Source: Candidatus Aminicenantes bacterium
GTDB lineage: Bacteria > Acidobacteriota > Aminicenantia > Aminicenantales > Aminicenantaceae
Assembly (NCBI GenBank): GCA_023135995.1
Contig: JAGLRY010000028.1
Span: 1-34,624 of the forward strand
Length of the DNA: 34,624 bases
Direction: 5' to 3'
Positions 9,032-17,510 of this stretch are shown here, one piece after another. Below the pieces are notes generated by a model. It had not been told where the DNA came from and ran no database searches. It was given only the letters and a program-made list of their open reading frames with translations. Position 1 is the first letter of the stretch. The number at the start of each line of letters is the position of its first letter. A program made the position numbers and the translations under genes.

Positions 9032-9080
9032 ATGTAGGGTCCGTTCCCCGAACGGACCGTTTGGGAAACGGTCCCTACAT
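9032..9080. repeat. 49-bp nested palindrome (REP-doublet/REPIN-like), left copy
   Basis: Sequence: ATGTAGGGTCCGTTCCCCGAACGGACCGTTTGGGAAACGGTCCCTACAT. It consists of two head-out 25-nt units, each GTAG plus a perfect 9-bp stem with a 3-nt loop, sharing the central GGACC. It lies between convergent wbaP-like and pgsA-like genes. Confidence 0.9.
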
Positions 9081-9119
9081 TTTAGCTGACGCATTTAGAC
9101 TCAAAGACAATTCAATATC

Positions 9120-9689
9120 TTATTTATTTTTTTTGGCTTGATAGATGCGATTGCCAATGAGGGTGTACTGGATCCCTGAAACAATGGTGAGTCCAAGAGT
9201 CAAGATATAGAGCCACAGCAGGTTAGGTTGAGCCGAATTGTTCACGTTGAAGAGAAGAACGAGAATCAGGACACTCATTTGGCAGCCTGTGCTCATCTTT
9301 CCCACAAATGTGGGGGTGAATGTTGCGTGCCTGGTGAGTTTGTACACCACCCAAGAGCCCGTCACAATGTAGAGATCTCTTCCGATGACAAAAATTGTGA
9401 GCCAAATGGGGATCACATTGGGTGAGCTAATGGAAGGGATGCTGAGAGCGATCATCGCTGCTGTCATGAGTAATTTATCTCCAGCAGGATCGAGGAGTGC
9501 ACCGATTTTTGACTTTTGTTTCAAGAGCCGCGCTGTGATGCCATCCAGCAAGTCGGTCGATGCTGCAATAAAAAAAACGATCAAAGCTCTAAGTGAATCG
9601 TGCTGAATCATGTAATAGAGGAAAAGAGGAATAAGGCCGATTCTCAGAACACTGAACAAGTTGGGAATCGTGAAGATCCGCTCGCTCAT
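9120..9689 (-). CDS. pgsA: CDP-alcohol phosphatidyltransferase (PgsA-like)
   Basis: The 189-aa polytopic protein carries the D-x2-DG-x2-AR-x8-G-x3-D-x3-D motif (TDLLDGITARLLKQKSKIGALLDPAGDKL). Size fits PgsA, but substrate specificity cannot be read from sequence. Its start overlaps the upstream stop as ATGA. Confidence 0.75.
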   Translation of the reverse strand: MSERIFTIPNLFSVLRIGLIPLFLYYMIQHDSLRALIVFFIAASTDLLDGITARLLKQKSKIGALLDPAGDKLLMTAAMIALSIPSISSPNVIPIWLTIFVIGRDLYIVTGSWVVYKLTRHATFTPTFVGKMSTGCQMSVLILVLLFNVNNSAQPNLLWLYILTLGLTIVSGIQYTLIGNRIYQAKKNK

Positions 9690-11014
9690 TTTATCAATGC
9701 CAGAATAAGGTCCAAGAGCCGTGTGGCCTCTCGCCCGGAGACGGCTTGGTCTGGATTAAACTCTCTGTCTTGGGCAAGTGTCATGATGTCATAGGAAACC
9801 AAAAGGATTATGGAACGGTAATAATAGTTGCTAGGAGAAACATCGGAGATCTGTATCCTATTTGGAGGAATCTGTTGGATAAGACTGTATCCTTTCCTTT
9901 TTAAATGTTCGATAAGACGGAAGAGAATCTCGGACATTTCTGCACGAGTTATAACTTTTTTGGGCTGAAAGGTATGATTGGGGTAAACATCCAAAATCCC
10001 TAGCGAGGCTGTATGGAGAATGAATCTTGAGGCCCAGGATGTGGAGATGTCGATGATGATGGGTGGTTTTCCCGATTGTTCATCGAGAATGTCTTTAAAC
10101 TTGACACTCAAGAGTGCGGCCACATCCTCTTTGGTCACAGATTCAGTGGATTGTATGGCATTGTATTGACTGGGAAGCTCAAAAATTCCCAGCCTGTTTT
10201 TGATCGTTTCCAACCGGTCTCTGATCTCTTGGTCTCCTGGAGCTTGTTCCAAGAGGTCTTCATAGACGCCAAGGCTATTCTTGAGCTCACCGGCCTGGAA
10301 GAGCGTATCCGCATATGTCTTGCGGATACCTGTGTCTTGGGGTTCCTCGGCGCTCGCTGCTTTCAAATGGAGGAGTGCATTTTGGAAATTGCTTTCATCC
10401 CGGTAAATTTTGCCAAGGGCGAGATGAGCCTCTGTAGAATCAGGCGAATAGTAGAGAGCCCTGAGGAAAGATTCTTTACCGTTCTCCGTATCTCCGGCCG
10501 ATAGAAATGCTTTGGCCTCCGTCAATGCTTCTCCCGTCTTCCTTTCCTTGATTTTTTCGTATCGAGGTTTTGCCCATGGATTGTCTGAGTCGTTTTTCAG
10601 AATTTCTCTGTATTCAGAAAAAACACTATCCACATTATTGGAATCTTGATAGACTTGCGCAAGGCCATAATGAGCCAGGTCCGCATCCGGAAAATAGGAC
10701 AGAGAGGCCTTGAAATACTGTTCAGCTGTTTGGGGATTGCCCAAAAGATAGGCGACGTAACCCATCCCCACATAATAGAAAGGATTCTCACTTCCGAGCT
10801 TTTCGATGATTTTCTGGGCATTCTTAGTATTCCCTACTTTTATGCTTTTCCATGCATCCTCTACTTGAATCCTCTCATCCAGAGAGAGGTTCGTCACGAT
10901 GGATTGGGGCAATTCTCCCGTGTACAGGTTGGGGGGTGGTGGCTGATAAGTGGCGCAGGACCAAACCAGCAGAGATATGAGGATTATTAGAGCGGCAAGA
11001 GTTCTTTTCACCAA
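9686..11014 (-). CDS. TPR-repeat lipoprotein with two C-terminal SLH-like domains
   Basis: Has a signal peptide ending LLVWSC (lipobox-like), central TPR-like repeats, and two C-terminal segments matching the SLH pattern ([40 protein letters not shown], and [12 protein letters not shown]......[16 protein letters not shown]). The TTG start has GAGGAG 7 nt upstream. Confidence 0.7.
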   Translation of the reverse strand: MVKRTLAALIILISLLVWSCATYQPPPPNLYTGELPQSIVTNLSLDERIQVEDAWKSIKVGNTKNAQKIIEKLGSENPFYYVGMGYVAYLLGNPQTAEQYFKASLSYFPDADLAHYGLAQVYQDSNNVDSVFSEYREILKNDSDNPWAKPRYEKIKERKTGEALTEAKAFLSAGDTENGKESFLRALYYSPDSTEAHLALGKIYRDESNFQNALLHLKAASAEEPQDTGIRKTYADTLFQAGELKNSLGVYEDLLEQAPGDQEIRDRLETIKNRLGIFELPSQYNAIQSTESVTKEDVAALLSVKFKDILDEQSGKPPIIIDISTSWASRFILHTASLGILDVYPNHTFQPKKVITRAEMSEILFRLIEHLKRKGYSLIQQIPPNRIQISDVSPSNYYYRSIILLVSYDIMTLAQDREFNPDQAVSGREATRLLDLILALIK

Positions 11015-12270
11015 TTGACTTCTCCTCTCTTTATGTAAGATACATAGTCAACCATTTTCTTTGGGTCTGCCATGATTTCGAGATCATAAAAATCTTTGTT
11101 GTCTATTCTTTTTAGCACAACTGACCATTTTGGGAAAGAATTAATTATATCCTTTTCTGATTTAGGGATGCGTACGGAGAAATGCCGCATATGTTTGAAC
11201 AGGATATCGCGAAAAACCTTCTTTAGAGTCTGGATGCCCGTTCCCATTTTTGCTGAGATATAAACCTGATGGCTCCTTGTATCTGTGTTCCTCTGAATGA
11301 TCTGCGTTTCGTCAGGCAAAAGGTCGATCTTGTTGTAGACTTTGACTATGGGAATATCAGAGATGCCCAATTCAATAAGCACGTTATTGACGGACCTGAC
11401 TTGACTGTCGCAATAATCAGAAGTGATATCGATAACATGACACAGACAGTCCGCTTCTTTGATTTCTTCTAGAGTGGCTTTGAAGGCGGTGATCAGCTCC
11501 ACAGGAAGCTTTCTGATAAAACCCACTGTGTCGCTCAAAAAGAAAAAGAGGCCATCGGATAGAGTGACCCGGCGGATCACTGGATCAAGCGTCGCAAAAA
11601 GCTGGGGGGAGCTCAACATCTTTTCACTCGAAAGGGTGTTGAATAGTGTTGATTTGCCTGTGTTAGTATACCCTATCAGTGAAACTACGGGCGTAATACC
11701 CCTTTTCCGGCTTTGGCGTTGTTCTGCACGTCTTTTTTGGATTTTGGAGATATCTTTTTTGATCTTGCTTATTTTGTCTTGAATCCTTCTTCGGTCTTCT
11801 TCGAGTTTTTTCTCGCCAGGACCACGGGTGCCGATGCCCCCGCCCAAGCGGGACATAGCCCGTCCCTTTCCCAACAAGCGGGGAAGAAGATAGTTGAGCT
11901 GGGCGAGTTCCACTTGGAGCTTGCCTTCTTTGCTCCGGGCCCTCTGGGCAAAAATGTCCAGGATCAATTGGGAGCGATCGATCACCTTCCCCTGAATCTC
12001 GTCTTCCAGACTCCTTTGCTGGACAGGAGACAGATTGTGCTCAAAGACAATGAGGTCCGCTTGGAGCTCATCTTTCTGCTGGATGATCTCGGCCACTTTT
12101 CCTTCGCCCACGAGGAACTTGGGATTCTTTTTACTTCGGTATTGAACGATCTTTTTAACAACTTCGGCACCGGCAGCTTTCACCAGGCCCTCTAATTCTT
12201 CCATGGATTCTTCGGCTTCGAATTTTTCTTTTTTTGTAGTTGCGATATGGACGAGGATGGCTTTTTCCAT
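11008..12270 (-). CDS. hflX: GTPase HflX
   Basis: The 420-aa ORF has an HflX N-domain, the coiled linker ([15 protein letters not shown]), and G-motifs [14 protein letters not shown] and NKID. Confidence 0.9.
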   Translation of the reverse strand: MEKAILVHIATTKKEKFEAEESMEELEGLVKAAGAEVVKKIVQYRSKKNPKFLVGEGKVAEIIQQKDELQADLIVFEHNLSPVQQRSLEDEIQGKVIDRSQLILDIFAQRARSKEGKLQVELAQLNYLLPRLLGKGRAMSRLGGGIGTRGPGEKKLEEDRRRIQDKISKIKKDISKIQKRRAEQRQSRKRGITPVVSLIGYTNTGKSTLFNTLSSEKMLSSPQLFATLDPVIRRVTLSDGLFFFLSDTVGFIRKLPVELITAFKATLEEIKEADCLCHVIDITSDYCDSQVRSVNNVLIELGISDIPIVKVYNKIDLLPDETQIIQRNTDTRSHQVYISAKMGTGIQTLKKVFRDILFKHMRHFSVRIPKSEKDIINSFPKWSVVLKRIDNKDFYDLEIMADPKKMVDYVSYIKRGEVNW

Positions 12271-13232
12271 TATTTTGCCAGAAAGCCCTTTATGGTATCG
12301 GCCAAAGAAGAAAAATCATGAGGAGAGAACCAATAGATACCCCCCATTTTTCTAAACCATGTCATCTGTCTCTTGGCATAATGTCGAGTGTCTCTTTTCG
12401 TTAGATCTATGGTTTCCTCTAAAGAAAGCTCCTTTTTCAGATAACTCAGCACGTGCTTGTAACCGAGCGCGCGGAAGGGCGGAGAGGTCTCGTCCACTCC
12501 CGATTTGAGAAGCGCCTCGATTTCTTCAACGATACCCTGTGCAAACATTTGATCGACTCTTGTCTCGATTCTTTTATAAAGTTCTTCCCTCTCCAATTTT
12601 AACCCAATTCGAAGGACATGAAAACCCTTGATGTAGGAACGGGTGTTCGAAAAGTGATCGCTGATGGGTATTTTTGTTGAGTGATACACTTCGAGGGCAC
12701 GAATGATCCTGATTCCGTCGTTTTTTCCGATTTTTTGGGCATACACCGGATCGATACGATTGAGCCTTTTCTGCAAATGTTCCAGCCCCTGAGTCTCGGC
12801 TTCCTCTTCAAGCTTGCGTCGGACGTGAGGATCTTTTTTTCCCTCTGGAAAAAGGCCATCGATGAGAGCCTTCAAGTAGAGTCCTGTCCCTCCTGTGATG
12901 ATCGGCAGCTTTTTTTTCCCCTGTATTATCCGAACTGCGGTGAGAGCGTGTCTGACAAAATCAGCGGCCGTGAATTGGACAGAAGAGTCGACAATATCAA
13001 GAAGGTAATGAGGAATGCCTTCCCGCTCGTCTGACGGGATCTTATCCGTCCCCACATCGAATCCCCGATAGACTTGCATGGAATCGCAGCTGATCACCTC
13101 ACCGTTGAATGCTTTGGCGATCTTAACAGCTGTAGTACTTTTTCCCACTCCGGTTGGGCCGCAAAGAATCAACAGGTTTTGTTTTTTTTGTGTTGCTTTA
13201 GATTCCAATTTTGAAAAGGAGGAACAGAACAA
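12270..13232 (-). CDS. miaA: tRNA dimethylallyltransferase MiaA
   Basis: Has the P-loop [34 protein letters not shown] and a typical MiaA C-terminus. Its stop overlaps the hflX start as TAATG. Confidence 0.9.
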   Translation of the reverse strand: MFCSSFSKLESKATQKKQNLLILCGPTGVGKSTTAVKIAKAFNGEVISCDSMQVYRGFDVGTDKIPSDEREGIPHYLLDIVDSSVQFTAADFVRHALTAVRIIQGKKKLPIITGGTGLYLKALIDGLFPEGKKDPHVRRKLEEEAETQGLEHLQKRLNRIDPVYAQKIGKNDGIRIIRALEVYHSTKIPISDHFSNTRSYIKGFHVLRIGLKLEREELYKRIETRVDQMFAQGIVEEIEALLKSGVDETSPPFRALGYKHVLSYLKKELSLEETIDLTKRDTRHYAKRQMTWFRKMGGIYWFSPHDFSSLADTIKGFLAK

Positions 13233-13274
13233 GAAGGGTGAGTAATACCAAAAGGGCTAAAACTTGCTTTCTTT

Positions 13275-14378
13275 TCAGTTCCATTCGCCGATTTTTTTGA
13301 GATGATTGACGAGGGTTGACTCGTGTTCGTTCCCCAGCGTTCTCTTGACCGCGAGGACTTCTGTGACAAGGATATCATTGAGTCCGTTGAGGACTTGGAC
13401 CTTAAACTCTTCCCTCGAGAGAGAGATGCCTCCTTTGAGGATAGAATTCGTCTCTACCTTTCCGGCCGGGCCGAGTCTCGCCTTTTCAAATATGGGAGAA
13501 AGTGATGGCTTGGCGTCCTCCAGACACTTCTCCAGAATATTTAATGCTACCGGTCCGATTTCCTTCGAGATGTATTTGAATATGAATGAACATTTTTCGT
13601 TGAAGAGCTCTAATATTCTGTAGATCTCAGATTTAGGAATCTCTGGGGACACCTGACCGGCTTTTTTCTTCTGTGGGAAGCCAATGAAGCCCAGGCTGAT
13701 CAGACTGCAGATTATCTTTTGGGTCTCCCCGTATCCTAACTCACTTGTTGTATAGATGTGTTTCAAGCTTTTAGGTGTGTCTATGAGCGAGATTACATAC
13801 ATCTCCGGAGCAGAGAGAGTTATCGATTCTGGGGAATCGGGGAAAAGTCTCTCCACTGGTTTGGATTCCTCTGGAGCCAGAGATTTAAGGAGTGCTTCGT
13901 TTTTCATGTGCCGAATGCCATCAAGTATGAATCCGGGTGTATGGATTCGGAGAAGGATCTTGTGTTCATGTATGGGTTTTTCTGTGTCAAAAAAATATTC
14001 GCCCTGCTCCCAATCGAATACGGGTAAAAGATCCTCACGTTGATACTCCTCCAGGGCGTCCCACAATTGTACTGGCGTGAGAATGGCGAGCTCGATGAGA
14101 GTTTTGAGAGGAGAGGTCTTGTGGTCTTTGGCATGTTTTGTACACCTCTTCAAAGAGGGTGAGTCGAGGACCTTTGTTTTGTGAAGTGAGTCACAAAAGG
14201 CCTCCTCATCCAAAAAATCCTTGATGATGACAAGCTGACCTTTGTGGAATGCCGTCCTTTTATCGATGGATTTTTTTGTGATTTCCAACCGACCTGAGCC
14301 TTCTGTTTTCCAGATTCGTAAGAGGAGCTGCGAGAAGTGGTTTTCTCCAAGTTTGCCATGCATCCAGATCTGTTCCAT
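13275..14378 (-). CDS. Hypothetical protein, DUF4388/PATAN-like N-terminal domain
   Basis: The N-terminus (G.L....FSQLLLRIWKTEGSGRLEI......KRTAFHKGQLVI) resembles the DUF4388 pattern. I do not recognise the rest. The assignment is tentative. Confidence 0.45.
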   Translation of the reverse strand: MEQIWMHGKLGENHFSQLLLRIWKTEGSGRLEITKKSIDKRTAFHKGQLVIIKDFLDEEAFCDSLHKTKVLDSPSLKRCTKHAKDHKTSPLKTLIELAILTPVQLWDALEEYQREDLLPVFDWEQGEYFFDTEKPIHEHKILLRIHTPGFILDGIRHMKNEALLKSLAPEESKPVERLFPDSPESITLSAPEMYVISLIDTPKSLKHIYTTSELGYGETQKIICSLISLGFIGFPQKKKAGQVSPEIPKSEIYRILELFNEKCSFIFKYISKEIGPVALNILEKCLEDAKPSLSPIFEKARLGPAGKVETNSILKGGISLSREEFKVQVLNGLNDILVTEVLAVKRTLGNEHESTLVNHLKKIGEWN

Positions 14379-14386
14379 TTTCGCGC

Positions 14387-15094
14387 TCAGCCCAAAAAGC
14401 TCATGCTGACAAGAAAAATGGCCACGTTAACGGCACTCTTCAAAAGCCAGAAACCGTAGGAGATGAACAATGCCTTTTTCAGATCGATTTTGAGGATGTA
14501 GGTGAGTCCGAAGCCTAGGACTCCGAAAAGCCAGAGTTGAAAAAAGTCGACTTGGCTCAACACGATATAGGATAATGATGTCACTTCCATATGAGGAAAG
14601 AAAATGGCCAAGCTCGTTGAGGTTTGGAAGACAGATTTGCGGCTCATAATGAGGAACAATCTCAGGGCATTACCCAGGATTTTGTCGATCAGGTTGGCAT
14701 AGATGTAAGCTGAAAAGACTTGAATATATTTTCCTTCCGTGGCTGCTAAGCGTCCTAAAACGAGCAGGATCAGGCTGGCGATGAGGAAGCCTATGGTCTG
14801 GGTGAGAGGCGTGAGGACCGCTGAACGCAGGATGACCGAGCTCTGTGAAGGATTTTTCATTCCCTCGATCATTTCATCAAAGCGTTCTTCTCCTAATCTT
14901 TCCTTGAGCCCTATGTTTTTCTCCATAAGCTGGAGGGTATCCTTTTGTGTGTACGGCATGGTTAGATAAGTGAAGATCATGACGGCGATGAGAATGACGA
15001 TGAGGGCATCTATCCAGACCGGTTTTTCTGAAAGTGTTTTAAAAGTCTGTTGAGGGCTGAATACGACTCCATAAAATCGACTGAAAAAGTTCAT
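14387..15094 (-). CDS. Yip1-family integral membrane protein
   Basis: Has the bacterial Yip1/DUF1282-type N-terminus MNFFSRFYGVVFSPQQTFKTLSEKP followed by about 5 TM helices. ATG 15094 has a perfect AAGGAG about 6 nt upstream and lies 1 nt after the ABC ATPase stop. The track ORF start at 15181 overlaps the ATPase and is rejected. Confidence 0.7.
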   Translation of the reverse strand: MNFFSRFYGVVFSPQQTFKTLSEKPVWIDALIVILIAVMIFTYLTMPYTQKDTLQLMEKNIGLKERLGEERFDEMIEGMKNPSQSSVILRSAVLTPLTQTIGFLIASLILLVLGRLAATEGKYIQVFSAYIYANLIDKILGNALRLFLIMSRKSVFQTSTSLAIFFPHMEVTSLSYIVLSQVDFFQLWLFGVLGFGLTYILKIDLKKALFISYGFWLLKSAVNVAIFLVSMSFLG

Positions 15095-15095
15095 T

Positions 15096-15797
15096 CTAAG
15101 CTCCTTTTTTTTCTTCTCTTTCAATCTTTCCATCTCGGACAAAAAAGATTCTTTGGGCCTGCTGAGCGATATCCATGTCATGTGTGACCATGATAATGGT
15201 GTTCCCTTGAGAATGGATCTTGTGAAATAGGTTCAGGATCTCTTGACCGGTTTTCGAGTCGAGGTTTCCGGTGGGTTCGTCAGCTAAAAGCAGTGAGGGA
15301 TTATTCACGAGAGCTCTTGCGATGGCCACTCTCTGTCTTTCCCCGCCTGAGAGTTCGGACGGGCGGTGGTGCATGCGGTGTTCCATTTCCACCATTTCCA
15401 GGGCCCTCTGTGCTTTTAAGGCTCTTTCTCTCTTCCTCTCTCCCTTGTAGATAATGGGGAGTTCAACGTTATGGAAGGCCGTGGCCCGGGGGAGCAGGTT
15501 AAAAATTTGAAAGACAAATCCGATCTCGCTGTTTCGGATGTGCGCTAGTTCATTTTCACTGAGGGCACTGACAAGCTTCCCGCTCAAATAGTATTCCCCC
15601 TCAGAGGGAGTGTCGAGGCATCCGATAAGGTTGAGCAATGTTGATTTCCCCGAACCTGAGGGCCCCATGATCGCCACGAATTCATTGGGAAGGATCCTGA
15701 AAGTTACACCTGAAAGAGCCCTAACTTCCTGCTTTCCCAATTGGTACACTTTCGTGAGGTTCTCGACCCGGATGACGGCATCGTTTGTTGAGTCCAT
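15096..15797 (-). CDS. ABC transporter ATP-binding protein, MacB/LolD/FtsE type (ATPase only)
   Basis: Has Walker [10 protein letters not shown], signature LSGGERQR, Walker [13 protein letters not shown] and H-loop VTHD. At 233 aa it has no fused permease. Confidence 0.9.
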   Translation of the reverse strand: MDSTNDAVIRVENLTKVYQLGKQEVRALSGVTFRILPNEFVAIMGPSGSGKSTLLNLIGCLDTPSEGEYYLSGKLVSALSENELAHIRNSEIGFVFQIFNLLPRATAFHNVELPIIYKGERKRERALKAQRALEMVEMEHRMHHRPSELSGGERQRVAIARALVNNPSLLLADEPTGNLDSKTGQEILNLFHKIHSQGNTIIMVTHDMDIAQQAQRIFFVRDGKIEREEKKGA

Positions 15798-15802
15798 GGG
15801 GA

Positions 15803-17068
15803 TTATTGCCTTTTTTCCTCTTGTTTTATCAAGGTGTCGTCTTTGAGCTGGCGGAGGGCATTGTAAGGACCGGTGGCAATCTCTTGCCCGTCCTCGAGAC
15901 CCGAGATGATCTCCACCATCAGTTCGCCCATGATTCCCTTCTTAACTGCCTGAAATTTGGCTCTGCTGTCCTTGATGATGTAGACGCCCTCTTCCTGTTC
16001 GCCTTTATCTTTGTCCTCCCCGTTCTCCTTTTCTTTCAGCACGAGACTGGAAATGGGAATTGCGAGGATATCCTGTCGTTCCGCAGTAATGATATCTGCT
16101 GAGGCTGACAGTCCCGGCTTGAGGCTTTCGGGTGGAGACTCCAGTGTGATCACAACTTTAAAATCCTTGGATTCTTCTGTTGCCACGGCCTTTTGCAGAG
16201 CTGAGCTGCCGATCTCGGTGACTTTTCCCTGAATGACATGGTCGGGGAGAGCATCGATCCTGACATCCGCTTTTTGTCCCAAAGACAGGCCGATGACGTC
16301 TGTCTCATCCACCTTGACCTCCACTTCCATCACGGAAAGGTCTGCGATCGTCATCAAAACTGTCCCTGGCATGTTCATCGTCCCGATCATGGCGATCTCT
16401 CCCTCTTCCACTTTCAGACTGGTGATGATGCCGTCGATGGGAGAGTTGTAGACAGTTTTGCTCAGCATGTATAGAGTACTCTCCAGAGAGGCCTGGGCCT
16501 GACGGATTTGGTACAGAGTGGCGTCATGACTGGCCTTGGAAATCTCTTGCGCGGTCTTAGCGTCTTCCAACTGTTCTCCAGAAATGAGTTTTTCATCATG
16601 AAGTTTTTTCTGCCGTTCGTAAAATCTTTTGTCCTTTTTGAGTTGGGCTTCTGCTTTTATGAGCTCGGCTCGGAAGGTGCGGATGACGGCACGGTCTCGG
16701 TCAGCGTTGGCTTCATGCTGGGTCGACTCGGATTTCAAGAGGAAATCGTCCTTCTTGACTCTCTGACCCTCTTCAACGCCGATTTTTACGATTCTTCCAG
16801 AGATGAGCGCACTGATGTTCACGCTTTTTTTGGGTTTGACCTCTCCCGAAGCTGATACGATAGAAGTCAAGTCGTGTTTTTTGATTTTTTCGACAGTCAC
16901 TTTAAGCGCTTTTTCACGCTGAGACTGGAAGTTGAGGAAAATGATGACCGCCAGTATCAATATGACGGCAACGATGATAAAAATCCTTTTCTTGCCTCCG
17001 GAGCTCTTCCTCGGAGTACGAATGACTAATGCCTTTTTCTTTTTTTTCGAGTAATCTTGCTCGTTCAT
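15803..17068 (-). CDS. Efflux periplasmic adaptor (HlyD/MacA family membrane fusion protein)
   Basis: Has an N-terminal TM anchor, lipoyl-like segments ([23 protein letters not shown] ... [10 protein letters not shown]), a long coiled-coil hairpin and a beta-barrel C-terminus. Confidence 0.85.
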   Translation of the reverse strand: MNEQDYSKKKKKALVIRTPRKSSGGKKRIFIIVAVILILAVIIFLNFQSQREKALKVTVEKIKKHDLTSIVSASGEVKPKKSVNISALISGRIVKIGVEEGQRVKKDDFLLKSESTQHEANADRDRAVIRTFRAELIKAEAQLKKDKRFYERQKKLHDEKLISGEQLEDAKTAQEISKASHDATLYQIRQAQASLESTLYMLSKTVYNSPIDGIITSLKVEEGEIAMIGTMNMPGTVLMTIADLSVMEVEVKVDETDVIGLSLGQKADVRIDALPDHVIQGKVTEIGSSALQKAVATEESKDFKVVITLESPPESLKPGLSASADIITAERQDILAIPISSLVLKEKENGEDKDKGEQEEGVYIIKDSRAKFQAVKKGIMGELMVEIISGLEDGQEIATGPYNALRQLKDDTLIKQEEKRQ

Positions 17069-17142
17069 TTTGGGTCCCTCTCAGAGGAAAATATCATATT
17101 ATACTACGTCATAAAAGGCAAAAAGTTTAATCTCGCCGGAGG

Positions 17143-17175
17143 CATCTCCAAAACCATGATGAATAATATCCGAGT
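17143..17175 (-). repeat. Intergenic element family, 3'-module fragment
   Basis: The reverse complement contains CATCATGGTTTTGGAGATGC, matching the conserved 20-mer at 17/20 positions. It lies about 70 nt upstream of the MacA-like gene start. Confidence 0.5.
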
Positions 17176-17236
17176 ATCCCAATTGGTAATTGCGAAAACG
17201 AACAACGAGACATCAGTAGGACTTTCTCCATTTTAG

Positions 17237-17285
17237 ATGTAGGGACCGTTTCCCAAACGGTCCGTTCGGGGAACGGACCCTACAT
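17237..17285. repeat. 49-bp nested palindrome (REP-doublet/REPIN-like), right copy, exact reverse complement of 9032-9080
   Basis: Checked base by base, 17237-17285 equals the reverse complement of 9032-9080. Identity extends 6 more nt (AAAAAG), giving 55-bp inverted repeats at 9026-9080 and 17237-17291. Confidence 0.9.
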
Positions 17286-17290
17286 AAAAA

Positions 17291-17392
17291 GGAACCATGC
17301 CCGTTCAGCCCTTCTCACGGTTTTCTCAACCACACAATCTGATCACTTAATACTGTTATCGAGAATTCACTCCATCACGGTTTTGGAAATGC
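17291..17392 (+). repeat. Intergenic element family, long form, copy C, abutting the right 49-bp palindrome
   Basis: GGAACCATGCCCGTTCAGCCCTTCTCACGGTTTTCTCAACCACACAATCTGATCACTTAAT...CCATCACGGTTTTGGAAATGC. Contains the direct repeat TCACGGTTTT twice, about 59 nt apart. Confidence 0.85.
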
Positions 17393-17510
17393 TTAAAATC
17401 TCACCGTCCATTTTTATGAATAATTCAGGTTGTTTGATGTATTCAAAATTGTATGTCTTTTGTGCGAATGAGTTGCGACGTAACACAAGAGTTGGTAAGA
17501 TGTGAGGGCT

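Noticed and set aside
11713-12195. Long antisense ORFs inside well-supported genes: 11713-12195 (+), 10076-10504 (+), 19290-19769 (+), 20049-20480 (+), 21909-22325 (-), 26842-27243 (-), 29716-30156 (-), 7473-7886 (-) and 7893-8303 (-).
   Set aside because: These are shadow ORFs opposite strongly conserved coding frames. Their composition is low-complexity or odd, and they lack RBSs and recognisable domains.
9026-17291. Composite transposon or genomic island bounded by inverted repeats.
   Set aside because: There is no transposase, integrase, tRNA target or visible direct target duplication. The cargo is core housekeeping (miaA, hflX, pgsA-like). An inversion between dispersed repeats explains the structure better.
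17379-17392. Possible sigma-54 promoter inside the conserved 20-mer, with GG-N10-GC spacing preserved in 5 of 6 copies.
   Set aside because: Apart from GG and (T)GC, the match to TGGCACG-N4-TTGCW is poor (CGGTTTTGGAAATGC). The GC is lost in copy B, and two copies point at no gene. It is kept only as a remote possibility.
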